Of a stretch of DNA of 64,000 bases, positions 1-10,088 are shown in pieces. The translations under genes were made by a program, and so were the position numbers. Source of the stretch: an uncultured Candidatus Rokubacteria bacterium (GTDB taxonomy: Bacteria; Methylomirabilota; Methylomirabilia; Rokubacteriales; CSP1-6); the NCBI GenBank assembly GCA_963758635.1, contig CAVWWD010000011.1, positions 134,510-198,509 on the forward strand, written 5' to 3'. The stretch's first letter is position 1. The number at the start of each line of letters is the position of its first letter. Under the pieces are notes generated by a model. It was not told where the DNA came from, did not search any database, and was given only the letters and a program-made list of their open reading frames with translations.

Positions 1-471
1 ATCGCCCGATGCGCCCTCGCGCTGGTCAACGCCCTTGCGCCGATCGTCGTCGCCGGCGCGTGCATCGTCGGTTTCGCGACGGCGGCGCACGCGCAGTCCG
101 CGGGCGACGAGCCGCTGCCCGGCCAGCGAGGGCAAGTGCCGGCGTATCTCTTGAGGATTCCCGACGCCTCCAAGGAGGTGCCCGTGCCGACGGAGGCCGA
201 GCGCTCGCAGGAGGAGGCGCGACGCGCCCAGGAGCGGGCCACGCGCGCGCGGGAGGAGCCGCCCCGGGCCGGCTACGGGCAGCCGGGCTACATCGGTCCG
301 CTCTCCACCGAGACCTCCACCGGCCGGGCGGGCGCATCGGGCTGGGCCTCCCCAGCCATCGATCCGCTGGGCAGCGCGAGCACGCCGGAGCAGAAGGCGG
401 GCCAGCTCGGCTTCGGCTTGTCGGTCGAGTGGGGCGTGCAGCGGCGTCCCGGCAGCTCCGAAGCGCCCTAG
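1..471 (+). CDS. secreted hypothetical protein (5' end outside window)
   Basis: Frame 1 is open from nt 1 and is the frame of ORF 136..471. Translation starts inside a signal-peptide-like stretch (..ALAPIVVAGACIVGFATAAHA/QSAGDE). Mature part is Glu/Arg/Pro-rich. No family recognised. Confidence 0.45.
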   Translation: MARCALALVNALAPIVVAGACIVGFATAAHAQSAGDEPLPGQRGQVPAYLLRIPDASKEVPVPTEAERSQEEARRAQERATRAREEPPRAGYGQPGYIGPLSTETSTGRAGASGWASPAIDPLGSASTPEQKAGQLGFGLSVEWGVQRRPGSSEAP

Positions 472-514
472 GGCGGAGGCCCCCGCCGTAACGAGCAGAT
501 CCGCGCGCACGCGC

Positions 515-1027
515 TCAGCGGAGCCCTTCCGCCTCCCGTAGCCGCTTGATCGCCTCGAGATGGAGAAGCGACTCCCGGTCCTTCGGGCGGCCGAGATGCC
601 GCTTGATCCGCATCAGGTCGTCGAGCCCGATCATGCGCACGGCCCGCCCGCCGATCTGCAAGGTCTCCGAGTTCGCCACCAGATCGTCGTAAGTGCCCAC
701 CGGCTCCAGATAGGCAAGGAGGTCGAGCGCATGCTCGCCGTCGACTTCGAACGTGAAATTCGAGCCAAGCGCCAGCGCCTGGGCATCAAGCCGGAACTTC
801 AAATCCAGGGGCGCGCCGCGAAGGGTGAGCTTCAGCGTTCGAAGGACTTGGGCCAGCCGCTCAAGGTTCTCCGGGGTGCGGCGATAGCAAAGGTCGACGT
901 CATAGGTGACGCGCGCGCTGCCCATCAGCGCCTCCGCCTGCCCGCCGATCACCATGAACTCGACGCCGGCGTCGGCCAACAGCAGGCAGAAGCGCTCAAG
1001 CGGACTGGCGCCGGGAGTCTCGGCCAA
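515..1027 (-). CDS. nucleotidyltransferase-fold protein (MNT/AbiEii-like)
   Basis: 170-aa ORF. VIGGQAEALMGSARVTYDVDL resembles the G-[GS]-x(9-13)-D-x-D NTase signature. Its start is overlapped by a small upstream ORF, a two-gene TA-like layout. Confidence 0.6.
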   Translation of the reverse strand: MAETPGASPLERFCLLLADAGVEFMVIGGQAEALMGSARVTYDVDLCYRRTPENLERLAQVLRTLKLTLRGAPLDLKFRLDAQALALGSNFTFEVDGEHALDLLAYLEPVGTYDDLVANSETLQIGGRAVRMIGLDDLMRIKRHLGRPKDRESLLHLEAIKRLREAEGLR

Positions 1028-1205
1028 TCTGCTGGGCGCGAAGCGCCGCCTGGCGCGCCCGCTCTGCCCGCCGAGCCCGCTCCTCGGGAGTGAGGCGCAT
1101 GTTGGCCCGGATCAGGGAGAGATCGACCCCGTTCTCGTCGTACTGCCCGGCTACGCCGAACGCGACCGGGCTCGTGGCGGGTGGAACACCGTCGCGGTCT
1201 TGCAT
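996..1205 (-). CDS. small partner protein of the NTase (antitoxin-like, unverified)
   Basis: 69-aa ORF overlapping the NTase start by 32 nt. Contains a charged helix LTPEERARRAERARQAALRAQ. Confidence 0.4.
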   Translation of the reverse strand: MQDRDGVPPATSPVAFGVAGQYDENGVDLSLIRANMRLTPEERARRAERARQAALRAQQIGRDSRRQSA

Positions 1206-1241
1206 GCAGGTATTCTACCTGGCCGGACGCTGGCCGGGGGC

Positions 1242-2427
1242 TCAGTAGGGCTCGCGGACGAAGATGAACGTGGTGCCGGTCACGATGGGCGCGCTGGCGC
1301 CGACGAACGAGACGTTCACGTCCTTCACCTGACGCTCCCCCGCCCGCCCCGACGCCTGGAGCGCGCCCTCGATGATGTGCCAGAGCCCGTGGATGCGCCC
1401 GGTGCTGAGGCTCCCGCCGAAGGTGTTCAGCGGCAGGTCACCGTCGAGCTCGATCCGGCCGTCCTGGATGAAGTCGAGCGCCTCGCCTTCCTTGCAGAAC
1501 CCATACGACTCGAGCCCGTAGATCACGGAGGCGGAGAAGCCGTCGTAGATCTGGGCCACGTCCACGTCGGCCGGCCCGAACCCCGAGCGCTCCCACGTGA
1601 GCTTGGCGGAGCTCTTCCCGCCCTCCATGTAGCTCGACAGGCTGCCGATGCGCCCGGCCACCTCGAAGTGCAGGCGCTGCCCGTAGCCGGCGAGGTACGC
1701 GGGCCGCGGGGCGAGGTCGCGCGCGCGATCCGCCGTGGTCAGCACGATGGCCACCGCTCCCTGCACCGGGATGTCGCAGTCGTAGAGGCAGAACGGGTAC
1801 GCGACCATCCGCGAGTCCAGGTAGTCCTGCACGGTGAGCGGCACCTTGTGGAAGTACGCGTGCGGGTTCATGTGACCGTGCCGGCGCTGGGTGACGGCGA
1901 GCGTCGCCATCTTCTCCCGGCTCTGCCCGTGCCGCTCGAGCCAGCGCGTGTAGGCCACCGCCATCCCCTGGCCCGGTCCGCCGAAGCCGTACGGGGCCGT
2001 GAACTGCGTCGCGCCGTGCGCCTGGGCGCCGGGCAGGTTCTGGTACGTGCCCTTCGGGTTGTGCATCGCCCGCCACACCACCGCGTACTTACACACGCCG
2101 GCCAGGAGCGCGTTGACCGCCTGCTGCACGGCGCCGCCGATGTTCACCGTCTCGAGCTGCACGTGCCAGGCGAGGCTCGGGAGCTTCAGCATCGCCATCA
2201 TGCAGTTCACGGACACGATCGTGACGCCGTCGATCACCGCGTGCCCGGTGGCGGGCAATTCGGGATAGGTCGCGAGCCCGTCGATATCCGCCATGGCGAG
2301 CCCCGAGTCCGCCACCGCGCCGCTTGACCGCCTCCAGCGCGTGGGCGGCGAGCGGGACCTCCGCCGAGCGCGTCACCTTCGAGTACCCCACCCCGCTGAC
2401 CGCGACCTTGCATCGGTGCTCCCACAT
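1242..2427 (-). CDS. thiolase-like protein (SCP-x/DitF type, DUF35-partnered), frame interrupted
   Basis: ORF 1242..2315 carries the thiolase-like body. The N-terminus MWEHRCKVAVSGVGYSKVTRSAEVPLAAHALEAVK is in the frame of ORF 2089..2427. The frames join near 2316-2320 (..EAVKR/VADSGLAMADIDG..) if one nt is removed. Confidence 0.75.
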
Positions 2428-2445
2428 GGCGTGGCTCCCCGTCCC

Positions 2446-2880
2446 CTACGACGCCGTCCGCGCCAGCCGGAACTGGGGCAGCGTGATGTCCTCGTTGAGC
2501 GGCTCGAACACCACCTCCACGCGGCGACCCACCTTGGCCTCCGTGTACGGGGCGTCGAGCAGGTTGCCGGCGAGGAGCGCGCCCGGCGCGTCGTCGAGCT
2601 CCACGATGATGCTCGCGTACGGGATGGCCGAGGCGAACCGCCGGTCGCCCGCGTGGTACATGATCGTGTACGCGTAGATCGCGCCCTCGCCGCGCACCGG
2701 CTCGAACGCGAGGTCGATCCCCATGCAGCTCACGCACGTCGGGTACGGCGGATGCTGGAAGTGCCGGCACGTCTGGCAGCGCTGGATCGCGAGCACGCCC
2801 CGCTTCGCCGCCTCCCAGAACGGCTTCGTCCACTCGTTCGGGACGGGGATCGGTCGGGTGACCTGGCTCCAATCGCTCAT
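2446..2880 (-). CDS. Zn-ribbon/OB-fold protein (DUF35 family)
   Basis: 144 aa. CQTCRHFQHPPYPTCVSC zinc ribbon followed by an OB-fold-like C-terminus. Usual upstream partner of SCP-x-type thiolases. Confidence 0.8.
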   Translation of the reverse strand: MSDWSQVTRPIPVPNEWTKPFWEAAKRGVLAIQRCQTCRHFQHPPYPTCVSCMGIDLAFEPVRGEGAIYAYTIMYHAGDRRFASAIPYASIIVELDDAPGALLAGNLLDAPYTEAKVGRRVEVVFEPLNEDITLPQFRLARTAS

Positions 2881-2883
2881 CTG

Positions 2884-3472
2884 CTACCGCGGGGCCTCCA
2901 CCGCGTCCGACGGGAGCGCCACCATCCGGACATCGAGCCGACCGTGCGGATGCCCGTACGTGATCACCTGCCGGCCGTCCGCCGACTCGGCGGCGAAGTG
3001 CGAGATCGGCCCGAAGAACTGCGCGATCTCCTCGGCCGTGCACGTGGGCAGGTATGCGCGCAGCACGCGGGGATCGTAGAAGCGGAACACCAGGATCCGG
3101 CCGCGCGTGTCCCGCACCCGGAGCAGCGTGCGGAAGTGCCGCCGCTGCCGCTGGAGCGTGACGTTCCGGCGGCACGATCGTGATGATCCCCCAGCTCTGG
3201 CCCCAGCCCGCGTCGATGAGCTCGGCCGTGAACCCCGCGCCGGGCGTGAGGTGCACCAGGTACGGCGCCGCCGCTTGCAACGCAGGCGCGAGCGTGCCCG
3301 CATACAGGCAGGCGTGCTCGAGGCCGCTCGCCCGGATCATTGGCTCGATCCGTCGATCCCGGGCGCCGTCGAGGAGCGCGTAGACGTGGCGCGCCCGCGG
3401 CAATCCCCCTTGCGGCCACAGGTGCGCGACGAGGCCCCGAGCGCCGGCCGCGCTCAGCCGACCCTCATTCAC
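2884..3472 (-). CDS. DUF4123-like protein (T6SS effector-chaperone family), frame interrupted
   Basis: GTG 3472 preceded by GGGAGG. N-half (VAHLWPQGG..VYALLDGARD..PYLVHL..GWGQSWGI) lies in the frame of ORF 2234..3772. C-half (RHFRTLLRVRDTRGRILVFRFYDPRVLRAYL) is ORF 2884..3303. A +1 shift near 3170 joins them. The FRFYDPRVLR motif is typical of DUF4123. Confidence 0.6.
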
Positions 3473-4085
3473 CGGCGGCCTCCCGGGCCTTCTCGCACGC
3501 CGCGCAGAACGGCACGCCGCTGACCGCCGCTTCCTCCAGCACGGCGGCCTGTCGCACGTGATCCACGCGCTCGGCCAGCTCGCCCATTGCGGGAAGGGCC
3601 GGTGCCTCGGGCGCCACCGGCGGTCGGAGCCGCGGGACGGGCACTTGCGGGACCCGCACCGCAGCGACGGGAGCGGGCGGCGGTGATGGGGGAGGGGCCG
3701 CCTGCTCCTCCCACGTGCCGAGCACCGGGGGCCCGAGCACGGGCACCATGACACACAGCGCTCGCTGCGCAACGAGGCCGGCGACGAGATCCAGCACTTG
3801 CTGATCGTCGAGCTGGAGCGTGGTGACGCCCTCGCGCAAGGCGATGCCCCGCAGCGCCAGCATGGTGTCGGAGTGGAAGAGGCCGCCGCGCAGCCAGCCG
3901 GCCGCCGCGTCCGCGCTCGTGATGGCCAGGCAACGGAGCTGGCGCCGATCGGACTCGCGCGCGGCCACGTCGATCGCTCGGAACGGACAGGCGGACGCCT
4001 GCTCGGTGCAGGGCCGGATCTCCCCGGCCCCGCACGGCACCGATTCTCCGCCGCTCGCCTGCCGCCTCCCGCCCCCCGGTGTCAT
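3465..4085 (-). CDS. hypothetical protein with Pro-rich linker and C-terminal GVPFCAACEKA tail
   Basis: The ATG at 4085 forms an ATGA overlap with the stop of the upstream lipoprotein gene. 206 aa taken from the C-terminal part of ORF 3465..4763. No family recognised. Confidence 0.5.
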   Translation of the reverse strand: MTPGGGRRQASGGESVPCGAGEIRPCTEQASACPFRAIDVAARESDRRQLRCLAITSADAAAGWLRGGLFHSDTMLALRGIALREGVTTLQLDDQQVLDLVAGLVAQRALCVMVPVLGPPVLGTWEEQAAPPPSPPPAPVAAVRVPQVPVPRLRPPVAPEAPALPAMGELAERVDHVRQAAVLEEAAVSGVPFCAACEKAREAAGE

Positions 4086-4594
4086 GGCCGGTCCTTGCTG
4101 ACGATCCGGAGCGTGTCCGCGGCGCGAATGTCGGCCCGGTCCCCGCCGACCTTGACGCTCGCCACGAGGGTGACCTCGGCCAGGAGGTCGACGTAGCGTC
4201 CGCCGAACTGCTGGAGCTCGCTGCTTTTGATGACCCACTCGATCACCACCGACTGCCCCGGCGCGATGGGGGTGAGCTCCTCCATCAGGTCCTCGTCGGC
4301 GGGATTCGTCCGCAGATAGGTCTCCTTCTTGGTGCGGGCGTCGATCAGCCGGATGATGGGACCCTTCTTCTGGACGTAGCGCAGCGGGAACCCGATCTCG
4401 GCGGCGTGATCGTTGATCACCCCGATGTCCAGGAACATGTCCTGCCCGGTGAAGCGGCAGTCGGCGTCCCGGCACGTGGCGCGAACCCTGACCGGCTGGA
4501 CGTTCATCCCCGTGTCCTTCCCCTGCCCGCACGCGCCGACGAGCGCGGAGGCGGATAACAGCGCGAGGGCGCCGACAGCTAGCGGATGGTGCAC
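4082..4594 (-). CDS. lipoprotein (candidate immunity protein)
   Basis: 170 aa. Signal peptide + lipobox (ALLSASALVGAC). GTG start overlaps the end of the upstream metallopeptidase gene by 16 nt. Confidence 0.6.
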   Translation of the reverse strand: MHHPLAVGALALLSASALVGACGQGKDTGMNVQPVRVRATCRDADCRFTGQDMFLDIGVINDHAAEIGFPLRYVQKKGPIIRLIDARTKKETYLRTNPADEDLMEELTPIAPGQSVVIEWVIKSSELQQFGGRYVDLLAEVTLVASVKVGGDRADIRAADTLRIVSKDRP

Positions 4595-5371
4595 GTAATC
4601 TTACGCCCGAGCTTCGCCGTGAGCAGTTCCTGGACCTCGATCGCGACGTACCAGGCGTGCCGCGGCAGCGTCGTCGTGTTGTTGGTCGACGACATGATCG
4701 TGGCGTCGGCGGCGGTCTTGGGCTTGGAGGGCGGCGCGGAGATCGCCGCGTCCAGGGTGCCATCCGGCTTGTAGTACTTCACCGTCTCGGTGTCGGCGGT
4801 GTACGAGTACTCGTCGGGCAGGCCCACACAGTGGCCGAACTCGTGCGCGTACGTCCAGTCGTCCGTCGTCTTCGAGACGTTCCATCACGGCGCCGGTGAC
4901 ACCTTCGCGCGGATAGGTCTGGTGGACCTTGAACGTGTAGTGATGGCCCGACGCCACGTAGAGGATCTTGTACTTGATCGTGAACGACTTCTTGCCGCAC
5001 GTGGGATCGTCGGCGTCGAGCGTGAACTTCCCGTCCCAGTGCGTCTTGACGCCGTTTTCCAGCTTGGTGTGGGCCGCCGTCACGTCCGCCGCGGTGACGC
5101 CGGTTTGCGCCTCGTCCTTGAATCGGACCTCCACGGTGATCGCGTTTCCGGACTTGACCGGCGCGTAGATCTTGTACTGCACGTTGTCGGTGTACGCGTG
5201 AGCCGTGCCGTCCTTCTTGTACGGCTGGCTGTATCGCCCGTAGGACGGGGTCGAGATCTCCTTCTCGTAGTCGTCGACCCAGCACTCCTTGCACTCGACC
5301 GTGGTCTGCTTGACCGGGTCGCCGCATCCGGTGCCCGTCGACGGCGCGGCGGGAGTGTCCCGGGCCCCCAC
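4579..5371 (-). CDS. zinc metallopeptidase-like protein (HEFGHxxGLPDEY motif), frame interrupted
   Basis: ORF 4601..5371 provides the N-terminal two thirds. After removing one nt near 4870 the reading is ..GAVMNVSKTTDDWTYAHEFGHCVGLPDEYSY.., continuing into ORF 4579..4827. No signal peptide. GC is visibly lower than in the flanks. Confidence 0.65.
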
Positions 5372-5450
5372 TTAGCGAGCCCCGCGCATCAGACTAATGC
5401 CGAGCGGTGGGATTGTAGAGGCCCGTGGCGGTTACCGTATTCTGCGAGGA

Positions 5451-6221
5451 TCATTGGCGGTCGCCCTCCGCGTTACGGAGCACGGCGTCGAGCCAGATCA
5501 GGGCGCGGCGCTCCAGCCTGACGGCGACAGCGTCTGGGTCGCCCAGGGTCGGTCGATTCAGGGTCCGCGACACCCACGGCAGCAGTGGATCGGCGTCGAA
5601 ATCGTGGCCGAACGCGAAGCCCAGGACGGCCATGAGGGCGAGGGAGCGCGCGGTCCGGAAACGGTAGCGCTCCCGCCCTCTCGCCAGCAGCGCGCGGACG
5701 AGCCGCCGCAGCGCGTCCTCCCCGGTGGCCGCGACCTTGCGCGGGTGGATCTCCGCCATCAGGGCCAGGAGATCTGGCTCCAGCCGTTCCCGGTGGAGCG
5801 CGAGTCCCTGCCGGCACCGCGTCGCGAGCTCGCGCAGCGCCTGGAGCGTGTGGACGTTGTCCGGCCCATCCACGCCGGCCAGGTACTCGTGAACCCTGGC
5901 GTGGAGCGTCTCCGCCCGGTCCATCTGCTCGTCCGGTGTCGCCAGGATCGCCGCGGCCCAGGGGTACTGCGGATCGCCATCGAAGCCGCTGCCAAGGAGG
6001 ATCATCATGTCGACGTACAGGCGCACGGGCCCGCGCTTCGTGAAGCCGTGCGTCTCGGCCCGGACCACGCCCCCCAGGACGGCCGCGTGGAGCTCCTCGT
6101 CGCTCAGGGTCTTGCACAGGTGCGGTGAGAACGTCCGGCAATGGGCGGCCAGCTCGTCGACGTAGCGGTGTACGGCGTCGTCCTCGAGGGCCGTCAGCTG
6201 GGCCTCACGGATGACGAGCAT
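5451..6221 (-). CDS. hypothetical protein with internal duplication
   Basis: 256 aa. Two related modules (..GFTKRGPVRLYVDMMILLGSGFDGDPQYPWAAAIL.. and ..RFRTARSLALMAVLGFAFGHDFDADPLLPWVSRTL..). Starts 3 nt after the aldolase stop. Confidence 0.6.
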   Translation of the reverse strand: MLVIREAQLTALEDDAVHRYVDELAAHCRTFSPHLCKTLSDEELHAAVLGGVVRAETHGFTKRGPVRLYVDMMILLGSGFDGDPQYPWAAAILATPDEQMDRAETLHARVHEYLAGVDGPDNVHTLQALRELATRCRQGLALHRERLEPDLLALMAEIHPRKVAATGEDALRRLVRALLARGRERYRFRTARSLALMAVLGFAFGHDFDADPLLPWVSRTLNRPTLGDPDAVAVRLERRALIWLDAVLRNAEGDRQ

Positions 6222-6224
6222 GCT

Positions 6225-7004
6225 TCAGCCCGCGCCGGCCGCGGCCCGCCGCGCTCTCTCGAGGTACGCGGCGCTGCCGTGCTGGAGGAGGCGGCCCACG
6301 CTCGAGTGGAAGTACCGGACGCCGAGCCCGAGGAACTTGGGGATGAGGTCGTCGGGGCAGCTGCACCCGGCGATGCGCCCGGCGGCGGTGATGATGTTCA
6401 CACCACGCTCCATCATCCGCTGCACCTCGGGGTGCGCCTGCTGGCCGGTGTAGCCCATGGACTGCGACAGGTCGCCCGACCCGATGAAGAACACGTCCAC
6501 CCCCGGCACGGTGACCATCTCGGGAAGGTTGTCGATCGCCTCCACCTCTTCCAGCATCAGGCACACCAGCGTCTCGCGGTTGGCCTGCTTCGCGTAGTCC
6601 GCGGTGGTGCCCTTGAAGCCGTACCCGGCGGGGCGGCCGCCGCTGAAGATGCCGCGGTGGCCCTCGGGGCCGTACTTCACGGCGTCCACGGCGGCGCGGG
6701 CCTCCGCCGCAGTGTTGACGTGCGGCACCTGCACGCCCCACGCGCCGCGGTCCAGGAAGGGCGCGATGATCTCCGGCCGGTTCCCCACCGGGCGCACGAT
6801 CGGGGCCATGCCGGTGAGCTCGGCGGCGGCGATGCACGCCTCGGCGGTGTCCACCGTGATGGAGCCGTGCTCGTTGTCGAGCAGGATCCAGTCGAAGCCG
6901 AGGCAGCCCAGCATCTCGACCACGGCGGGCGACGGGAAGGTGCACATGACGCCGAAGGCCGGCTTGCCGGCCTCGAGCGCGCGCTTGAGCGTGTTCTCTC
7001 TCAT
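6225..7004 (-). CDS. HpcH/HpaI-family aldolase
   Basis: 259 aa. LLDNEHG, VRPVGN and EEVEAIDNLPEM blocks are typical of 2,4-dihydroxyhept-2-enedioate-type aldolases. Confidence 0.85.
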   Translation of the reverse strand: MRENTLKRALEAGKPAFGVMCTFPSPAVVEMLGCLGFDWILLDNEHGSITVDTAEACIAAAELTGMAPIVRPVGNRPEIIAPFLDRGAWGVQVPHVNTAAEARAAVDAVKYGPEGHRGIFSGGRPAGYGFKGTTADYAKQANRETLVCLMLEEVEAIDNLPEMVTVPGVDVFFIGSGDLSQSMGYTGQQAHPEVQRMMERGVNIITAAGRIAGCSCPDDLIPKFLGLGVRYFHSSVGRLLQHGSAAYLERARRAAAGAG

Positions 7005-7259
7005 GGCTCACCTCGCCGGCGCTCCCAGCGTGCCGGCAACTCTCGCCGCTCCGGCTCTTCGTCGGGCGAGGCCATCGCGAGGAGAATCTGCCGAAAGCCC
7101 CGCGCCGTCAAGCGCGCCGCCGCGCCGCTCCTCGTTCCGGCATCGCCGCCGCCTTGACACGTCGGCGTCCGCCGCCGCACGATCGACGAGGCGGCTCGGC
7201 CGGGCCGGCTCGACGCGACCCGCGTCCTCCACGCTCGATGACCAGAGGAGGAGATCGAC

Positions 7260-7727
7260 ATGATCCCACTCGACATCAACGGCAAGCGGCAGAACGTGGA
7301 CCTCCCCGGGGAGACCCCGCTCCTGTGGGCGCTCCGTGACGAGGTCGGCCTCACCGGAACCAAGTTCGGCTGCGGCATGGCGCTGTGCGGCGCCTGCACC
7401 GTGCACCTCGACGGGCAGCCCGTGCGCTCCTGCATGACCCCCATCGCGGCGGCGACGGGCAAGAAGGTCGTCACCATCGAGGCGGTGGGCGCGGCGCCGA
7501 TCGGCCGGGCGCTCCAGAACGCGTGGGTCGACCTCGGCGTGCCCCAGTGCGGCTACTGTCAGGCGGGACAGATCATGTCCGCCGCCGCGCTGCTCGCGCG
7601 CAGCGCGAAGCCGACCGACAAGCAGATCGACGAGGCCATGAGCGGCAACATCTGCCGCTGTGGCACGTACACGAGGATTCGTGCCGCCATCAAGCAGGCG
7701 GCGGCCAAGCAGGGGGCGGCGCGATGA
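7260..7727 (+). CDS. (2Fe-2S)-binding small subunit of a molybdenum hydroxylase
   Basis: 155 aa. [11 protein letters not shown] and CGYCQAGQ / CRCGTY cysteine clusters (CoxS/IorA type). Confidence 0.9.
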   Translation: MIPLDINGKRQNVDLPGETPLLWALRDEVGLTGTKFGCGMALCGACTVHLDGQPVRSCMTPIAAATGKKVVTIEAVGAAPIGRALQNAWVDLGVPQCGYCQAGQIMSAAALLARSAKPTDKQIDEAMSGNICRCGTYTRIRAAIKQAAAKQGAAR

Positions 7728-7797
7728 GCGCGCGGGGGGACGGACGGCGGTCCCGGACGCGGCACCGGGCGCCGAGCGCGCGCTGATCGTCGCCAAC

Positions 7798-10058
7798 GTG
7801 AGCCGGCGCCACTTCCTCCAGGGGATGACGGCGCTCGGCGGCCTCGTGCTCGCGGTGGGGTATCCCTCGGCGGCGCGCGGGCAGGAGGCCAAGAAGTACG
7901 GCGCGGACGGCATGCCCAACGGCTGGGTGGACAGCCCGTTGGTCTTCGTGTCGATCGCCGAGGACGGCACGGTGACGATCGTCTGTCACCGGTCGGAGAT
8001 GGGCCAGGGCGTGCGCACGAGCATGCCGATGATCGTGGCCGACGAGCTCGAGGCCGACTGGAAGCGGGTGCGCATCGCGCAGGCCCCGGGCGACGAGAAG
8101 CGGTTCGGCAACCAGGACACCGACGGCTCCCGCAGCACCCGGCACTTCTTCGAGCCGATGCGGCGATGCGGCGCCGCGGCGCGGATGATGCTGGAGGCCG
8201 CCGCGGCCGAGCGCTGGAAGGTGCCGGTGGCCGACGTGCAGGCGCAGAACCACGAGGTGGTGCACCGGCCCACGGGGCGGCGGCTCGGCTACGGCGCGCT
8301 CGCGAAGGCGGCCGCGGCCCAGCCGGCGCCGGCGCGGGACACCGTGCGCCTCAAGGACCCCGCGAAGTTCCGCTACATCGGCAAGGGACAGCTCAAGCTG
8401 GTCGACGGCCGCGACATCGTGACGGGCAAGGCGCAGTACGGCATCGACACGCGGCTGCCCGGCATGCTTCACGCCGTGATCGCGCGGCCGCCGGTCCACG
8501 GCGGCAAGGTGGCAAGCTTCGACGCCGCCGAGGCCCTGAAGGTGCCCGGCGTCGTCAAGGTGGTGCAGGTCGAGGAGAGCCCCCCGCCCGCGCACTTCAA
8601 CCCGGTGGGCGGCGTGGCGGTGATCGCACGCAACACGTGGGCGGCCATGCAGGGGCGCCGCGCCCTCAAGATCACGTGGGACGACGGCCCGAACGCGGTC
8701 TACGACTCCGCGGCGTACAAGGCCTCGCTGGAGGACTCGGCGCACAAGGCGGGCAAGGTCGTCAGGAACGACGGCGACTTCACGGCCGCGGCTGCGAGCG
8801 CGGCGCGCCGGGTCGAGGCCGAGTACTACATCCCCCACCTGGCCCACGCCACCATGGAGCCGCCCGCGGCGACGGCGCGCATCGAAGGCGGCAAGTGCGA
8901 GCTCTGGGGCTGCTTCCAGTCGCCGCAGGCCGCGCGCGACCTGGTGGCCAAGCGGCTCGGCATGACGCCCGACAACGTGACCGTGCACGTCACGATGCTG
9001 GGCGGCGGGTTCGGCCGGAAGTCGAAGTGCGACTTCGGCATCGAGGCGGCCGTGCTCTCGCGCGCGATGGACGGCAAGCCCGTGAAGGTGACGTGGACGC
9101 GCGAGGACGACCTGCACAACTCGTACTACCACACGGTCTCCGTGGAGCGCCTCGAGGCCGGCCTGGACGCGCAGGGCAAGACCGTGGCGTGGATGCACCG
9201 CACCGTGGCGCCCACCATCTTCTCCACGTTCGATCCCACCGCGAAGCACGAGGCGGCGCTCGAGCTGGGCATGGGCGTCATCAACGTGCCGTTCGCGATC
9301 CCGAACATCCGCATCGAGAACCCCGAGGCGATCGCCCACACGCGGATCGGCTGGTTCCGGTCCGTCTCGAACATCCCGCACGCCTTCGCCATCCAGTCGT
9401 TCGTGGCCGAGCTGGCCGCCGCCGCGGGGCGGGATCCCAAGGACGTCCTGCTGGACGTGATCGGGCCCGCGCGCCAGGTGAGCCCGGAGGCGCTGGGCGA
9501 CACCTGGAACCACGGCGAGTCGCCGGAGCGCTACCCGGTGGACACGGGCCGGCTGCGGCGCGTGGTCGAGGTGGTCGCGCGCGAGTCGGGCTGGGGCAAG
9601 ACGCTGCCGAAGGGCCGCGGGCTCGGCATCGCCGCGCACTACAGCTTCGTCAGCTACATCGCCGCGGTGGTGGAAGTCGCGGTGGACAGCGCGGGCGCGC
9701 TGACGATCCCCGGGTCGACATGGCGGTGGACTGCGGCGCCACCGTGAACCCCGACCGGGTGCGCGCGCAGATGGAAGGCGCGTGCGTGATGGGCGTGGGC
9801 ATCGCCACGGTCGGCGAGATCAGCTTCAAGCACGGGCGGGTCGAGCAGGACAACTTCAACACCTACGAGGTGACCCGCATGGACGGCGCCCCGCGGGAGA
9901 TCCGCGTGCACATCGTCCCCGGCGACTACGCCAAGCCCATGGGCGGCGTGGGCGAGCCGGGGGTGCCGCCCATCCCGCCCGCGCTCTGCAACGCGATCTT
10001 CGCGGCCACCGGCAAGCGGATTCGCCGCCTGCCCATCCGCGATCAGCTCAAGGCGTAG
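7798..10058 (+). CDS. molybdopterin-binding subunit (aldehyde oxidase / isoquinoline oxidoreductase beta type), frame interrupted
   Basis: Twin-arginine signal [15 protein letters not shown] at GTG 7798. The body is in ORF 7660..9747. The last ~115 aa (..[25 protein letters not shown]) are in the frame of ORF 8166..10058. The junction at the C-run ~9705-9712 needs one extra nt. Confidence 0.85.
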
Positions 10059-10088
10059 AAGGCGCTTCCGCCGCCGAAGGGAGACCAG

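Noticed and set aside
906-2327. Long antisense or out-of-frame ORFs (e.g. 906..2327+, 7690..9639-, 9654..11657-, 11669..12982-, 12304..14034+, 14162..15232+, 47717..49294+, 49728..51284-, 52094..53647+, 52774..54033-, 60620..61966-).
   Set aside because: Their translations are Arg/Pro/Gly/Ala-rich low complexity with no motifs. Each lies opposite, or out of frame with, a gene that has clear family signatures. Such stop-free shadow frames are expected at ~70% GC.
7724-7797. An upstream ATG (7724, ATGA overlap with the 2Fe-2S gene) as the true start of the molybdopterin subunit.
   Set aside because: That frame hits a stop after 20 codons. It could hide yet another frameshift, but the Tat motif at GTG 7798 gives a self-consistent start.
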